A stretch of 64,000 nt of DNA from NCBI GenBank assembly GCA_964016885.1, contig OZ024740.1, positions 431,024,001 to 431,088,000 on the forward strand, read 5' to 3'. Both the position numbers and the translations under genes were made by a program. Of the stretch, positions 12,901 to 27,100 are shown in pieces; positions within the stretch are counted from its first letter, which is position 1, and the number at the start of each line of letters is the position of its first letter. A model generated the notes under the pieces. It was given only the letters and a program-made list of their open reading frames with translations. It did no database searches and had not been told where the DNA came from. The DNA comes from Eledone cirrhosa. Lineage: Eukaryota.

Positions 12901-14542
12901 TACCTGGGGTCTGTTTGTCAGTCCTACCTGGGGTCTGTTTCTCAGGTCTAACTGGGATCTGTTTGTCAGTCCTACCTGGGGTCTGTTTGTCAGTCCTACC
13001 TGGGGTCTGTTTGTCAGGTCTAACTGGGATCTGTTTGTCAGTCCTACCTGGGGTCTGTTTGTCAGTCCTACCTGGGGTCTGTTTGTCAGGTCTAACTGGG
13101 ATCTGTTTGTCAGTCCTACCTGGGGTCTGTTTGTCAGTCCTACCTGGGGTCTGTTTGTCAGTCCTACTTGGGGTTTGTTTCTCACCTCTACCTGGGGTCT
13201 GTTTCTCAGCTCTACCTGGGGTCTGTTTGTCAGTCCTACTTGGGGTTTGTTTCTCAGCTCTACCTGGGGTCTGTTTGTCAGTCCTACCTGGGGTCTGTTT
13301 GTCAGTCCTACCTGGGGTCTGTTTGTCAGTCCTACCTGGGGACTGTCTGTCAGTCCTACCTTGCGTCTGTCTGTTAGTCCTACCTGGGGTCTGTTTCTCA
13401 GCTCTACCTGGGGTCTGTTTGTCAGTCCTACCTGGGGTCTGTTTCTCAGGTCTACCTGGGGTCTGTTTGTCACTCCTACCTGGGGTCTGTTTGTCTGACC
13501 TACCTGGGGTCTGTTTGTCGGGCCTACCTGGGGACTGTCTGTCAGTCCTACCTGGGATCTGCTTGTCAGTCCTACCTGGGGTCTGTTTGTCAGTCCTACC
13601 TGGGGTCTGTTTGTCAGGTCTACCTGGCGTCTGTCTATCAGGCCTACCTGGGGTCTGTTTATCAGGCCTACCTGGGGTCTGTTTCTCAGGTCTACCTGGG
13701 GTCTGTTTGTCAGGTTACCTGGGGTCCGTTTGTCAGGTCTAATTGGGGACTGTCTGTCAGTCCTACCTGGGGTCTGTTTGTCGAGCCTATCTGGGGTCTG
13801 TTTCTCAGTCCTACTTGGGGTTTGTTTGTCAGTCCTACCTGGGGTCTGTTTGTCGAGCCTATCTGGGGTCTGTTTCTCAGTCCAACTTGGGGTTTGTTTG
13901 TCAGTCCTACCTGGGGTCTGTTTTGTCAGTCCTACCTGGGGTCTGTTTCTCAGATCTACCTGGGGTCTGTTTGTCAGTCCTACCCGGGGTCTGTTTGTCA
14001 GTCCTACCTGGGGTCTGTTTGTCAGGTCTACCTGGGGTCTGTTTGTCAGGTCTACCTGGGGTCTGTTTGTCAGTCCTACCTGGGGTCTGTTTCTCAGGTC
14101 TACCTGGGGTCTGTTTGTCAGGTTACCTGGGGTCCGTTTGTCAGGTCTAATTGGGGACTGTCTGTCAGTCCTACCTGGGGTCTGTTTGTCGAGCCTATCT
14201 GGGGTCTGTTTCTCAGTCCTACTTGGGGTTTGTTTGTCAGTCCTACCTGGGGTCTGTTTTGTCAGTCCTACCTGGGGTCTGTTTCTCAGGTCTACCTGGG
14301 GTCTGTTTGTCAGTCCTACCCGGGGTCTGTTCGTCAGTCCTACCTGGGGTCTGTTTGTCAGTCCTACCTGGGGTCTGTTTGTCAGTCCTACCTGGGGTCT
14401 GTTTGTCAGCTCTACCTGGGGTCTGTTTGTCAGTCCTACTTGGGGTCTGTTTGTCAGGTCTACCTGGGGTCTGTTTGTCAGTCCTACCTGGGGTCTGTTT
14501 GTCAGGTCTACCTGGGGTCTGTTTGTCAGTCCTACCTGGGGT
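6914..14542. repeat. 24-bp minisatellite array 2, with internal 1655-, 1991- and 336-bp block duplications
   Basis: Identical variant blocks recur; matching ORF-track starts at 10084/11739/13730 and 12160/12496. Confidence 0.97.
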
Positions 14543-14626
14543 ATATTTTATGAGGAATAAGTTGAACAATCCATATTAGTATTTACACACAGCCATGTTC
14601 TGTTGATTGGAGAATTTCTTGTGAGG

Positions 14627-15571
14627 CACCGCCACCATTACCACCACCACTACCACTACCACTACCAATACCACCACTACTACCACTACCACCACTACTA
14701 CCACTACCACCACTACTACCACTACCACTACCACCACCACTGCCACCACCACCACCACCACCACTACTACAACCACTACCACTGCCACCACCACCATACT
14801 ACCACCACCACTACCACCACCACTACCACTACCACTACCACTACCACCACCACCACCACTAGCACTACCACCACTACTACCACCACCACTACCACTACCA
14901 CCACCACCACCACCACTAGCACTACCACCACTACTACCACTACGATCACTACTACCACTACCACCACCACTACCACTACCACCACCACTGCCACCACCAC
15001 CACTACCACCACCACTACCACTACCACCACCACTACCACGACCACCACCACTACCACCACCACTACCACGACCACCACCACTACCACTACCACCACCACT
15101 ACCACGACCACCACCACTACCACCACCACTACCACGACCACCACCACTACCAAACCACCACCACTACCACTACCACAACCACTACCACTACCACCACCAC
15201 TGCCACCACCACCACCACTACCACCACCACCTTTACTACCACCACCACCACCACCACCACCAGCACCACCACCAGCACCACCACCACTGCCACCACCACC
15301 ATACTACCACCACCACCACCACCACCACCACCACCACTACCACCACCACCACCACCACCACCACTACCACCAACACCACCACTACCACCACCACCACCAC
15401 CACCAACAACAACATCACCACCACCAACACCATCACCACCACCACCACTACCACCACCACCACCACAACCACCACTACCACCACCAGCAGCACCAATACC
15501 ACCACCACCATCACCACCACCACCACCACGACCACCACCACCAGCACCACCACCATCAACACCACCACCAC
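14627..15571. repeat. (ACC/ACT)n tract, unit 2
   Basis: Seen directly; same length as units 3 and 4. Confidence 0.97.
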
Positions 15572-18217
15572 CTACCTGGAGTCTGTTTGTCAGGTCTACT
15601 GGTGTCTGTTTGTCATGTCTACCTGGGGTCTGTTTTTCAGTCCTACCTGGGGTCTGTTTGTCAGGTCTATCTGGGGTCTGTTTGTCAGTCCTACCTGGGG
15701 TCTGTTTGTCAGTCCTACCTGGGGTCTGTTTGTCAGTCCTACCTGGGGTGTGTTTGTCAGGTCTACCTGGGGTCTGTTTGTCAGGTCTACTGGAGTCTGT
15801 TTGTCAGGTCTACTGGGGTCTGTTTGTCAGGTCTACTTGCGGTCTGTTTCTCAGGTCTACCTGGGGTCTGTTTGTCAGTCCTACCCGGGGTCTGTTCGTC
15901 AGTCCTACCTGGGGTCTGTTTGTCAGTCCTACCTGGGGTCTGTTTGTCAGTCCTACCTGGCGTCTGTCTGTCAGTCCTACCTGGGGTCTGTTTGTCAGTC
16001 CTACCTGGGGTCTGTTTGTCAGTCGTACCTGGGGTCTGTTTGTCAGGTCTACCTGGGGTCTGTCTGTCAGGTCACCTGGGGTCTGTCTGTCAGTCCTACC
16101 TGGGGTCTGTTTCTCAGGTCTACCTGGGGTCTGTTTGTCAGGTTACCTGGGGTCCGTTTGTCAGGTCTAATTGGGGACTGTCTGTCAGTCCTACCTGGGG
16201 TCTGTTTGTCGAGCCTATCTGGGGTCTGTTTCTCAGTCCTACTTGGGGTTTGTTTGTCAGTCCTACCTGGGGTCTGTTTTGTCAGTCCTACCTGGGGTCT
16301 GTTTCTCAGGTCTACCTGGGGTCTGTTTGTCAGTCCTACCCGGGGTCTGTTCGTCAGTCCTACCTGGGGTCTGTTTGTCAGTCCTACCTGGGGTCTGTTT
16401 GTCAGTCCTACCTGGCGTCTGTCTGTCAGTCCTACCTGGGGTCTGTTTGTCAGTCCTACCTGGGGTCTGTTTGTCAGTCGTACCTGGGGTCTGTTTGTCA
16501 GGTCTACCTGGGGTCTGTCTGTCAGGTCACCTGGGGTCTGTCTGTCAGTCCTACCTGGCGTCTGTCTGTCAGTCCTACCTGGGGTCTGTTTGTCAGTCCT
16601 ACCTGGGGTCTGTTTCTCAGGTCTAACTGGGATCTGTTTGTCAGTCCTACCTGGGGTCTGTTTGTCAGTCCTACCTGGGGTCTGTTTGTCAGGTCTAACT
16701 GGGATCTGTTTGTCAGTCCTACCTGGGGTCTGTTTGTCAGTCCTACCTGGGGTCTGTTTGTCAGGTCTAACTGGGATCTGTTTGTCAGTCCTACCTGGGG
16801 TCTGTTTGTCAGTCCTACCTGGGGTCTGTTTGTCAGTCCTACTTGGGGTTTGTTTCTCACCTCTACCTGGGGTCTGTTTCTCAGCTCTACCTGGGGTCTG
16901 TTTGTCAGTCCTACTTGGGGTTTGTTTCTCAGCTCTACCTGGGGTCTGTTTGTCAGTCCTACCTGGGGTCTGTTTGTCAGTCCTACCTGGGGTCTGTTTG
17001 TCAGTCCTACCTGGGGACTGTCTGTCAGTCCTACCTTGCGTCTGTCTGTTAGTCCTACCTGGGGTCTGTTTCTCAGCTCTACCTGGGGTCTGTTTGTCAG
17101 TCCTACCTGGGGTCTGTTTCTCAGGTCTACCTGGGGTCTGTTTGTCACTCCTACCTGGGGTCTGTTTGTCTGACCTACCTGGGGTCTGTTTGTCGGGCCT
17201 ACCTGGGGACTGTCTGTCAGTCCTACCTGGGATCTGCTTGTCAGTCCTACCTGGGGTCTGTTTGTCAGTCCTACCTGGGGTCTGTTTGTCAGGTCTACCT
17301 GGCGTCTGTCTATCAGGCCTACCTGGGGTCTGTTTATCAGGCCTACCTGGGGTCTGTTTCTCAGGTCTACCTGGGGTCTGTTTGTCAGGTTACCTGGGGT
17401 CCGTTTGTCAGGTCTAATTGGGGACTGTCTGTCAGTCCTACCTGGGGTCTGTTTGTCGAGCCTATCTGGGGTCTGTTTCTCAGTCCTACTTGGGGTTTGT
17501 TTGTCAGTCCTACCTGGGGTCTGTTTGTCGAGCCTATCTGGGGTCTGTTTCTCAGTCCAACTTGGGGTTTGTTTGTCAGTCCTACCTGGGGTCTGTTTTG
17601 TCAGTCCTACCTGGGGTCTGTTTCTCAGATCTACCTGGGGTCTGTTTGTCAGTCCTACCCGGGGTCTGTTTGTCAGTCCTACCTGGGGTCTGTTTGTCAG
17701 GTCTACCTGGGGTCTGTTTGTCAGGTCTACCTGGGGTCTGTTTGTCAGTCCTACCTGGGGTCTGTTTCTCAGGTCTACCTGGGGTCTGTTTGTCAGGTTA
17801 CCTGGGGTCCGTTTGTCAGGTCTAATTGGGGACTGTCTGTCAGTCCTACCTGGGGTCTGTTTGTCGAGCCTATCTGGGGTCTGTTTCTCAGTCCTACTTG
17901 GGGTTTGTTTGTCAGTCCTACCTGGGGTCTGTTTTGTCAGTCCTACCTGGGGTCTGTTTCTCAGGTCTACCTGGGGTCTGTTTGTCAGTCCTACCCGGGG
18001 TCTGTTCGTCAGTCCTACCTGGGGTCTGTTTGTCAGTCCTACCTGGGGTCTGTTTGTCAGTCCTACCTGGGGTCTGTTTGTCAGCTCTACCTGGGGTCTG
18101 TTTGTCAGTCCTACTTGGGGTCTGTTTGTCAGGTCTACCTGGGGTCTGTTTGTCAGTCCTACCTGGGGTCTGTTTGTCAGGTCTACCTGGGGTCTGTTTG
18201 TCAGTCCTACCTGGGGT
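15572..18217. repeat. 24-bp minisatellite array 3
   Basis: Seen directly. Confidence 0.97.
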
Positions 18218-18301
18218 ATATTTTATGAGGAATAAGTTGAACAATCCATATTAGTATTTACACACAGCCATGTTCTGTTGATTGGAGAATTTCTTGTGAG
18301 G

Positions 18302-19246
18302 CACCGCCACCATTACCACCACCACTACCACTACCACTACCAATACCACCACTACTACCACTACCACCACTACTACCACTACCACCACTACTACCACTAC
18401 CACTACCACCACCACTGCCACCACCACCACCACCACCACTACTACAACCACTACCACTGCCACCACCACCATACTACCACCACCACTACCACCACCACTA
18501 CCACTACCACTACCACTACCACCACCACCACCACTAGCACTACCACCACTACTACCACCACCACTACCACTACCACCACCACCACCACCACTAGCACTAC
18601 CACCACTACTACCACTACGATCACTACTACCACTACCACCACCACTACCACTACCACCACCACTGCCACCACCACCACTACCACCACCACTACCACTACC
18701 ACCACCACTACCACGACCACCACCACTACCACCACCACTACCACGACCACCACCACTACCACTACCACCACCACTACCACGACCACCACCACTACCACCA
18801 CCACTACCACGACCACCACCACTACCAAACCACCACCACTACCACTACCACAACCACTACCACTACCACCACCACTGCCACCACCACCACCACTACCACC
18901 ACCACCTTTACTACCACCACCACCACCACCACCACCAGCACCACCACCAGCACCACCACCACTGCCACCACCACCATACTACCACCACCACCACCACCAC
19001 CACCACCACCACTACCACCACCACCACCACCACCACCACTACCACCAACACCACCACTACCACCACCACCACCACCACCAACAACAACATCACCACCACC
19101 AACACCATCACCACCACCACCACTACCACCACCACCACCACAACCACCACTACCACCACCAGCAGCACCAATACCACCACCACCATCACCACCACCACCA
19201 CCACGACCACCACCACCAGCACCACCACCATCAACACCACCACCAC
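18302..19246. repeat. (ACC/ACT)n tract, unit 3
   Basis: Seen directly. Confidence 0.97.
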
Positions 19247-22200
19247 CTACCTGGAGTCTGTTTGTCAGGTCTACTGGTGTCTGTTTGTCATGTCTACCTG
19301 GGGTCTGTTTTTCAGTCCTACCTGGGGTCTGTTTGTCAGGTCTATCTGGGGTCTGTTTGTCAGTCCTACCTGGGGTCTGTTTGTCAGTCCTACCTGGGGT
19401 CTGTTTGTCAGTCCTACCTGGGGTGTGTTTGTCAGGTCTACCTGGGGTCTGTTTGTCAGGTCTACTGGAGTCTGTTTGTCAGGTCTACTGGGGTCTGTTT
19501 GTCAGGTCTACTTGCGGTCTGTTTGTCAGTCCTACCTGGGGTCTGTTTGTCAGTCCTACCTGGGGTGTGTTTGTCAGGTCTACCTGGGGTCTGTTTGTCA
19601 GGTCTACTGGAGTCTGTTTGTCAGGTCTACTGGGGTCTGTTTGTCAGGTCTACCTGGGGTCTGTTTGTCAGTCCTACCTGGGGTATGTTTGTCAGTCCTA
19701 CCTGGGATCTGTTTGTCAGGTCTACTGGGGTCTGTTTGTCAGGTCTACTGGGGTCTGTTTGTCAGGTCTACTGGGGTCTGTTTGTCAGGTCTACCTGGGG
19801 TCCGTTTGTCTGTCCTACCTGGGGTCTGTTTGTCAGGTCTACTGGGGTCTGTTTGTCAGGTCTACTGGGGTCTGTTTGTAAGATCTACCTGGGGTCTGTT
19901 TCTCAGGTCTACCTGGGGTCTCTTTGTCAGGTCTACATGGGGCCTGTCTGTCAGTCCTACCTGGGGTCTGATTGTCAGTCCTACCTGGGGTCTGTTTGTC
20001 AGGTCAACCTGGGGTCTGTCTGTCAGGTCTACCTGGGGTCTGTTTGTCAGATCTACCTGGGGACTGTTTGTCAGTCCTACCTGGGGTCTGTTTGTAAGGT
20101 CTACCTGGGGGTCTGTTTGTCAGGTCGCCCTGGGGTCTGTCTGTCAGTCCTACCTGGGGTCTGTTTCTCAGATCTACCTGGGGTCTGTTTGTCAGTCCTA
20201 CCTGGGGACTGTCTGTCAGTCCTACCTTGCGTCTGTCTGTTAGTCCTACCTGGGGTCTGTTTGTCAGTCCTACCTGGGGTCTGGTTGTCAGTCCTACCTG
20301 GGGTCTGTTTGTCAGTCCTACCTGGGGTCTGTTTCTCAGCTCTACCTGGGGTCTGTTTGTCAGTCCTACCTGGGGTCTGTTTCTCAGGTCTACCTGGGGT
20401 CTGTTTGTCACTCCTACCTGGGGTCTGTTTGTCTGACCTACCTGGGGTCTGTTTGTCGGGCCTACCTGGGGACTGTCTGTCAGTCCTACCTGGGATCTGC
20501 TTGTCAGTCCTACCTGGGGTCTGTTTGTCAGTCCTACCTGGGGTCTGTTTGTCAGGTCTACCTGGCGTCTGTCTATCAGGCCTACCTGGGGTCTGTTTAT
20601 CAGGCCTACCTGGGGTCTGTTTCTCAGGTCTACCTGGGGTCTGTTTGTCAGGTTACCTGGGGTCCGTTTGTCAGGTCTAATTGGGGACTGTCTGTCAGTC
20701 CTACCTGGGGTCTGTTTGTCGAGCCTATCTGGGGTCTGTTTCTCAGTCCTACTTGGGGTTTGTTTGTCAGTCCTACCTGGGGTCTGTTTGTCGAGCCTAT
20801 CTGGGGTCTGTTTCTCAGTCCAACTTGGGGTTTGTTTGTCAGTCCTACCTGGGGTCTGTTTTGTCAGTCCTACCTGGGGTCTGTTTCTCAGATCTACCTG
20901 GGGTCTGTTTGTCAGTCCTACCCGGGGTCTGTTTGTCAGTCCTACCTGGGGTCTGTTTGTCAGGTCTACCTGGGGTCTGTTTGTCAGGTCTACCTGGGGT
21001 CTGTTTGTCAGTCCTACCTGGGGTCTGTTTCTCAGGTCTACCTGGGGTCTGTTTGTCAGGTTACCTGGGGTCCGTTTGTCAGGTCTAATTGGGGACTGTC
21101 TGTCAGTCCTACCTGGGGTCTGTTTGTCGAGCCTATCTGGGGTCTGTTTCTCAGTCCTACTTGGGGTTTGTTTGTCAGTCCTACCTGGGGTCTGTTTTGT
21201 CAGTCCTACCTGGGGTCTGTTTCTCAGGTCTACCTGGGGTCTGTTTGTCAGTCCTACCCGGGGTCTGTTCGTCAGTCCTACCTGGGGTCTGTTTGTCAGT
21301 CCTACCTGGGGTCTGTTTGTCAGTCCTACCTGGCGTCTGTCTGTCAGTCCTACCTGGGGTCTGTTTGTCAGTCCTACCTGGGGTCTGTTTGTCAGTCGTA
21401 CCTGGGGTCTGTTTGTCAGGTCTACCTGGGGTCTGTCTGTCAGGTCACCTGGGTTCTGTCTGTCAGTCCTACCTGGCGTCTGTCTGTCAGTCCTACCTGG
21501 GGTCTGTTTGTCAGTCCTACCTGGGGTCTGTTTCTCAGGTCTAACTGGGATCTGTTTGTCAGTCCTACCTGGGGTCTGTTTGTCAGTCCTACCTGGGGTC
21601 TGTTTGTCAGGTCTAACTGGGATCTGTTTGTCAGTCCTACCTGGGGTCTGTTTGTCAGTCCTACCTGGGGTCTGTTTGTCAGGTCTAACTGGGATCTGTT
21701 TGTCAGTCCTACCTGGGGTCTGTTTGTCAGTCCTACCTGGGGTCTGTTTGTCAGTCCTACTTGGGGTTTGTTTCTCACCTCTACCTGGGGTCTGTTTCTC
21801 AGCTCTACCTGGGGTCTGTTTGTCAGTCCTACTTGGGGTTTGTTTCTCAGCTCTACCTGGGGTCTGTTTGTCAGTCCTACCTGGGGTCTGTTTGTCAGTC
21901 CTACCTGGGGTCTGTTTGTCAGTCCTACCTGGGGACTGTCTGTCAGTCCTACCTTGCGTCTGTCTGTTAGTCCTACCTGGGGTCTGTTTCTCAGCTCTAC
22001 CTGGGGTCTGTTTGTCAGTCCTACCTGGGGTCTGTTTCTCAGGTCTACCTGGGGTCTGTTTGTCACTCCTACCTGGGGTCTGTTTGTCTGACCTACCTGG
22101 GGTCTGTTTGTCGGGCCTACCTGGGGACTGTCTGTCAGTCCTACCTGGGATCTGCTTGTCAGTCCTACCTGGGGTCTGTTTGTCAGTCCTACCTGGGGTC

Positions 22201-23135
22201 TGTTTGTCAGGTCTACCTGGCGTCTGTCTATCAGGCCTACCTGGGGTCTGTTTATCAGGCCTACCTGGGGTCTGTTTCTCAGGTCTACCTGGGGTCTGTT
22301 TGTCAGGTTACCTGGGGTCCGTTTGTCAGGTCTAATTGGGGACTGTCTGTCAGTCCTACCTGGGGTCTGTTTGTCGAGCCTATCTGGGGTCTGTTTCTCA
22401 GTCCTACTTGGGGTTTGTTTGTCAGTCCTACCTGGGGTCTGTTTGTCGAGCCTATCTGGGGTCTGTTTCTCAGTCCAACTTGGGGTTTGTTTGTCAGTCC
22501 TACCTGGGGCCTGTTTTGTCAGTCCTACCTGGGGTCTGTTTCTCAGATCTACCCGGGGTCTGTTTGTCAGTCCTACCCGGGGTCTGTTTGTCAGTCCTAC
22601 CTGGGGTCTGTTTGTCAGGTCTACCTGGGGTCTGTTTGTCAGGTCTACCTGGGGTCTGTTTGTCAGTCCTACCTGGGGTCTGTTTCTCAGGTCTACCTGG
22701 GGTCTGTTTGTCAGGTTACCTGGGGTCCGTTTGTCAGGTCTAATTGGGGACTGTCTGTCAGTCCTACCTGGGGTCTGTTTGTCGAGCCTATCTGGGGTCT
22801 GTTTCTCAGTCCTACTTGGGGTTTGTTTGTCAGTCCTACCTGGGGTCTGTTTTGTCAGTCCTACCTGGGGTCTGTTTCTCAGGTCTACCTGGGGTCTGTT
22901 TGTCAGTCCTACCCGGGGTCTGTTCGTCAGTCCTACCTGGGGTCTGTTTGTCAGTCCTACCTGGGGTCTGTTTGTCAGTCCTACCTGGGGTCTGTTTGTC
23001 AGCTCTACCTGGGGTCTGTTTGTCAGTCCTACTTGGGGTCTGTTTGTCAGGTCTACCTGGGGTCTGTTTGTCAGTCCTACCTGGGGTCTGTTTGTCAGGT
23101 CTACCTGGGGTCTGTTTGTCAGTCCTACCTGGGGT
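19247..23135. repeat. 24-bp minisatellite array 4
   Basis: Seen directly. Confidence 0.97.
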
Positions 23136-23219
23136 ATATTTTATGAGGAATAAGTTGAACAATCCATATTAGTATTTACACACAGCCATGTTCTGTTGAT
23201 TGGAGAATTTCTTGTGAGG

Positions 23220-24164
23220 CACCGCCACCATTACCACCACCACTACCACTACCACTACCAATACCACCACTACTACCACTACCACCACTACTACCACTAC
23301 CACCACTACTACCACTACCACTACCACCACCACTGCCACCACCACCACCACCACCACTACTACAACCACTACCACTGCCACCACCACCATACTACCACCA
23401 CCACTACCACCACCACTACCACTACCACTACCACTACCACCACCACCACCACTAGCACTACCACCACTACTACCACCACCACTACCACTACCACCACCAC
23501 CACCACCACTAGCACTACCACCACTACTACCACTACGATCACTACTACCACTACCACCACCACTACCACTACCACCACCACTGCCACCACCACCACTACC
23601 ACCACCACTACCACTACCACCACCACTACCACGACCACCACCACTACCACCACCACTACCACCACCACCACCACTACCACTACCACCACCACTACCACGA
23701 CCACCACCACTACCACCACCACTACCACGACCACCACCACTACCAAACCACCACCACTACCACTACCACAACCACTACCACTACCACCACCACTGCCACC
23801 ACCACCACCACTACCACCACCACCTTTACTACCACCACCACCACCACCACCACCAGCACCACCACCAGCACCACCACCACTGCCACCACCACCATACTAC
23901 CACCACCACCACCACCACCACCACCACCACTACCACCACCACCACCACCACCACCACTACCACCAACACCACCACTACCACCACCACCACCACCACCAAC
24001 AACAACATCACCACCACCAACACCATCACCACCACCACCACTACCACCACCACCACCACAACCACCACTACCACCACCAGCAGCACCAATACCACCACCA
24101 CCATCACCACCACCACCACCACGACCACCACCACCAGCACCACCACCATCAACACCACCACCAC
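23220..24164. repeat. (ACC/ACT)n tract, unit 4
   Basis: Seen directly. Confidence 0.97.
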
Positions 24165-27100
24165 CTACCTGGAGTCTGTTTGTCAGGTCTACTGGTGTCT
24201 GTTTGTCATGTCTACCTGGGGTCTGTTTTTCAGTCCTACCTGGGGTCTGTTTGTCAGGTCTATCTGGGGTCTGTTTGTCAGTCCTACCTGGGGTCTGTTT
24301 GTCAGTCCTACCTGGGGTCTGTTTGTCAGTCCTACCTGGGGTGTGTTTGTCAGGTCTACCTGGGGTCTGTTTGTCAGGTCTACTGGAGTCTGTTTGTCAG
24401 GTCTACTGGGGTCTGTTTGTCAGGTCTACTTGCGGTCTGTTTGTCAGTCCTACCTGGGGTCTGTTTGTCAGTCCTACCTGGGGTGTGTTTGTCAGGTCTA
24501 CCTGGGGTCTGTTTGTCAGGTCTACTGGAGTCTGTTTGTCAGGTCTACTGGGGTCTGTTTGTCAGGTCTACCTGGGGTCTGTTTGTCAGTCCTACCTGGG
24601 GTATGTTTGTCAGTCCTACCTGGGATCTGTTTGTCAGGTCTACTGGGGTCTGTTTGTCAGGTCTACTGGGGTCTGTTTGTCAGGTCTACTGGGGTCTGTT
24701 TGTCAGGTCTACCTGGGGTCCGTTTGTCTGTCCTACCTGGGGTCTGTTTGTCAGGTCTACTGGGGTCTGTTTGTCAGGTCTACTGGGGTCTGTTTGTAAG
24801 ATCTACCTGGGGTCTGTTTCTCAGGTCTACCTGGGGTCTCTTTGTCAGGTCTACATGGGGCCTGTCTGTCAGTCCTACCTGGGGTCTGATTGTCAGTCCT
24901 ACCTGGGGTCTGTTTGTCAGGTCAACCTGGGGTCTGTCTGTCAGGTCTACCTGGGGTCTGTTTGTCAGATCTACCTGGGGACTGTTTGTCAGTCCTACCT
25001 GGGGTCTGTTTGTAAGGTCTACCTGGGGGTCTGTTTGTCAGGTCGCCCTGGGGTCTGTCTGTCAGTCCTACCTGGGGTCTGTTTGTCAGGTCTATCTGGG
25101 GTCTGTTTGTCAGTCCTACCTGGGGTCTGTTTGTCAGTCCTACCTGGGGTCTGTTTGTCAGTCCTACCTGGGGTGTGTTTGTCAGGTCTACCTGGGGTCT
25201 GTTTGTCAGGTCTACTGGAGTCTGTTTGTCAGGTCTACTGGGGTCTGTTTGTCAGGTCTACTTGCGGTCTGTTTGTCAGTCCTACCTGGGGTCTGTTTGT
25301 CAGTCCTACCTGGGGTGTGTTTGTCAGGTCTACCTGGGGTCTGTTTGTCAGTCCTACCTGGGGTATGTTTGTCAGTCCTACCTGGGATCTGTTTGTCAGG
25401 TCTACTGGGGTCTGTTTGTCAGGTCTACTGGGGTCTGTTTGTCAGGTCTACTGGGGTCTGTTTGTCAGGTCTACCTGGGGTCCGTTTGTCTGTCCTACCT
25501 GGGGTCTGTTTGTCAGGTCTACTGGGGTCTGTTTGTCAGGTCTACTGGGGTCTGTTTGTAAGATCTACCTGGGGTCTGTTTCTCAGGTCTACCTGGGGTC
25601 TCTTTGTCAGGTCTACATGGGGCCTGTCTGTCAGTCCTACCTGGGGTCTGATTGTCAGTCCTACCTGGGGTCTGTTTGTCAGGTCAACCTGGGGTCTGTC
25701 TGTCAGGTCTACCTGGGGTCTGTTTGTCAGATCTACCTGGGGACTGTTTGTCAGTCCTACCTGGGGTCTGTTTGTAAGGTCTACCTGGGGGTCTGTTTGT
25801 CAGGTCGCCCTGGGGTCTGTCTGTCAGTCCTACCTGGGGTCTGTTTCTCAGATCTACCTGGGGTCTGTTTGTCAGTCCTACCCGGGGTCTGTTTTTCAGT
25901 CCTACCTGGGGTCTGTTTGTCAGGTCTACCTGGGGTCTGTTTGTCAGGTCTACCTGGGGTCTGTTTGTCAGTCCTACCTGGGGTCTGTTTCTCAGGTCTA
26001 CCTGGGGTCTGTTTGTCAGGTTACCTGGGGTCCGTTTGTCAGGTCTAATTGGGGACTGTCTGTCAGTCCTACCTGGGGTCTGTTTGTCGAGCCTAACTGG
26101 GGTCTGTTTCTCAGTCCTACTTGGGGTTTGTTTGTCAGTCCTACCTGGGGTCTGTTTTGTCAGTCCTACCTGGGGTCTGTTTGTCAGGTCTACCTGGGGT
26201 CTGTTTCTCAGGTCTACCTGGGGTCTGTTTGTCAGGTCTACCTGGGGTCTGTCTGTCAGTCCTACCTGGGGTCTGTTTGTCAGTTCGACCTGGGGTCTGT
26301 TTGTCAGGTCTTCCTGGGGTCTGTTTGTCAGTCCTACCTGGGGTCTGTTTGTCAGTCCTACCTGGGGTCTGTTTGTCAGGTCTACCTGGGGTCTGTTTGT
26401 CAGTCCTACCTGGGGTCTGTTTGTCAGTCCTACCTGGGGTCTGTTTGTCAGTCCTACCTGGGGTCTGTCTGTCAGTCCTACCTGTGGTCTGTTTGTCAGT
26501 CCTACCTGAGGTCTGTCTGTCAGGTCAACCTGGGGTCTTTTTGTCAGGTCTACCTGGGGTCTGTTTGTCAGGTCTACCTGGGGTCTGTCTGTCAGTCCTA
26601 CCTGGGGTCTGTCTGTCAGTCCTACCTGGGGTCTGTTTGTCAGTCCTACCTGGGGTCTGTTTCTCAGGTCTACCTGGGGTCTGTCTATCAGTCCTACCTG
26701 GGGTCTGTCTGTCAGATCTACCTGGGGTCTGTTTGTCAGTCCTATCTGGGGTCTGTTTGTCAGTCCTACCTGGGGTCTGTTTGTCAGGTCTACCTGGGGT
26801 CTGTTTGTCAGTCCTACCTGGGGTCTGTTTGTCAGGTCTACCTGGGGTCTGTTTATCAGTCCTACCTGGGGTCTGTTTGTCAGGTCTACCTGGGGTCTGT
26901 TTGTCAGGTCTACCTGGGGTCTGTATGTCAGGTCACCTGGGGTCTGTCTGTCAGTCCTACCTGGCGTCTGTTTGTCAGTCGTACCTGGGGTCTGTTTGTC
27001 AGGTCTACCTGGGGTCTGTCTGTCAGGTCACCTGGGGTCTGTCTGTCAGTCCTACCTGGCGTCTGTCTGTCAGTCCTACCTGGGGTCTGTTTGTCAGTCC

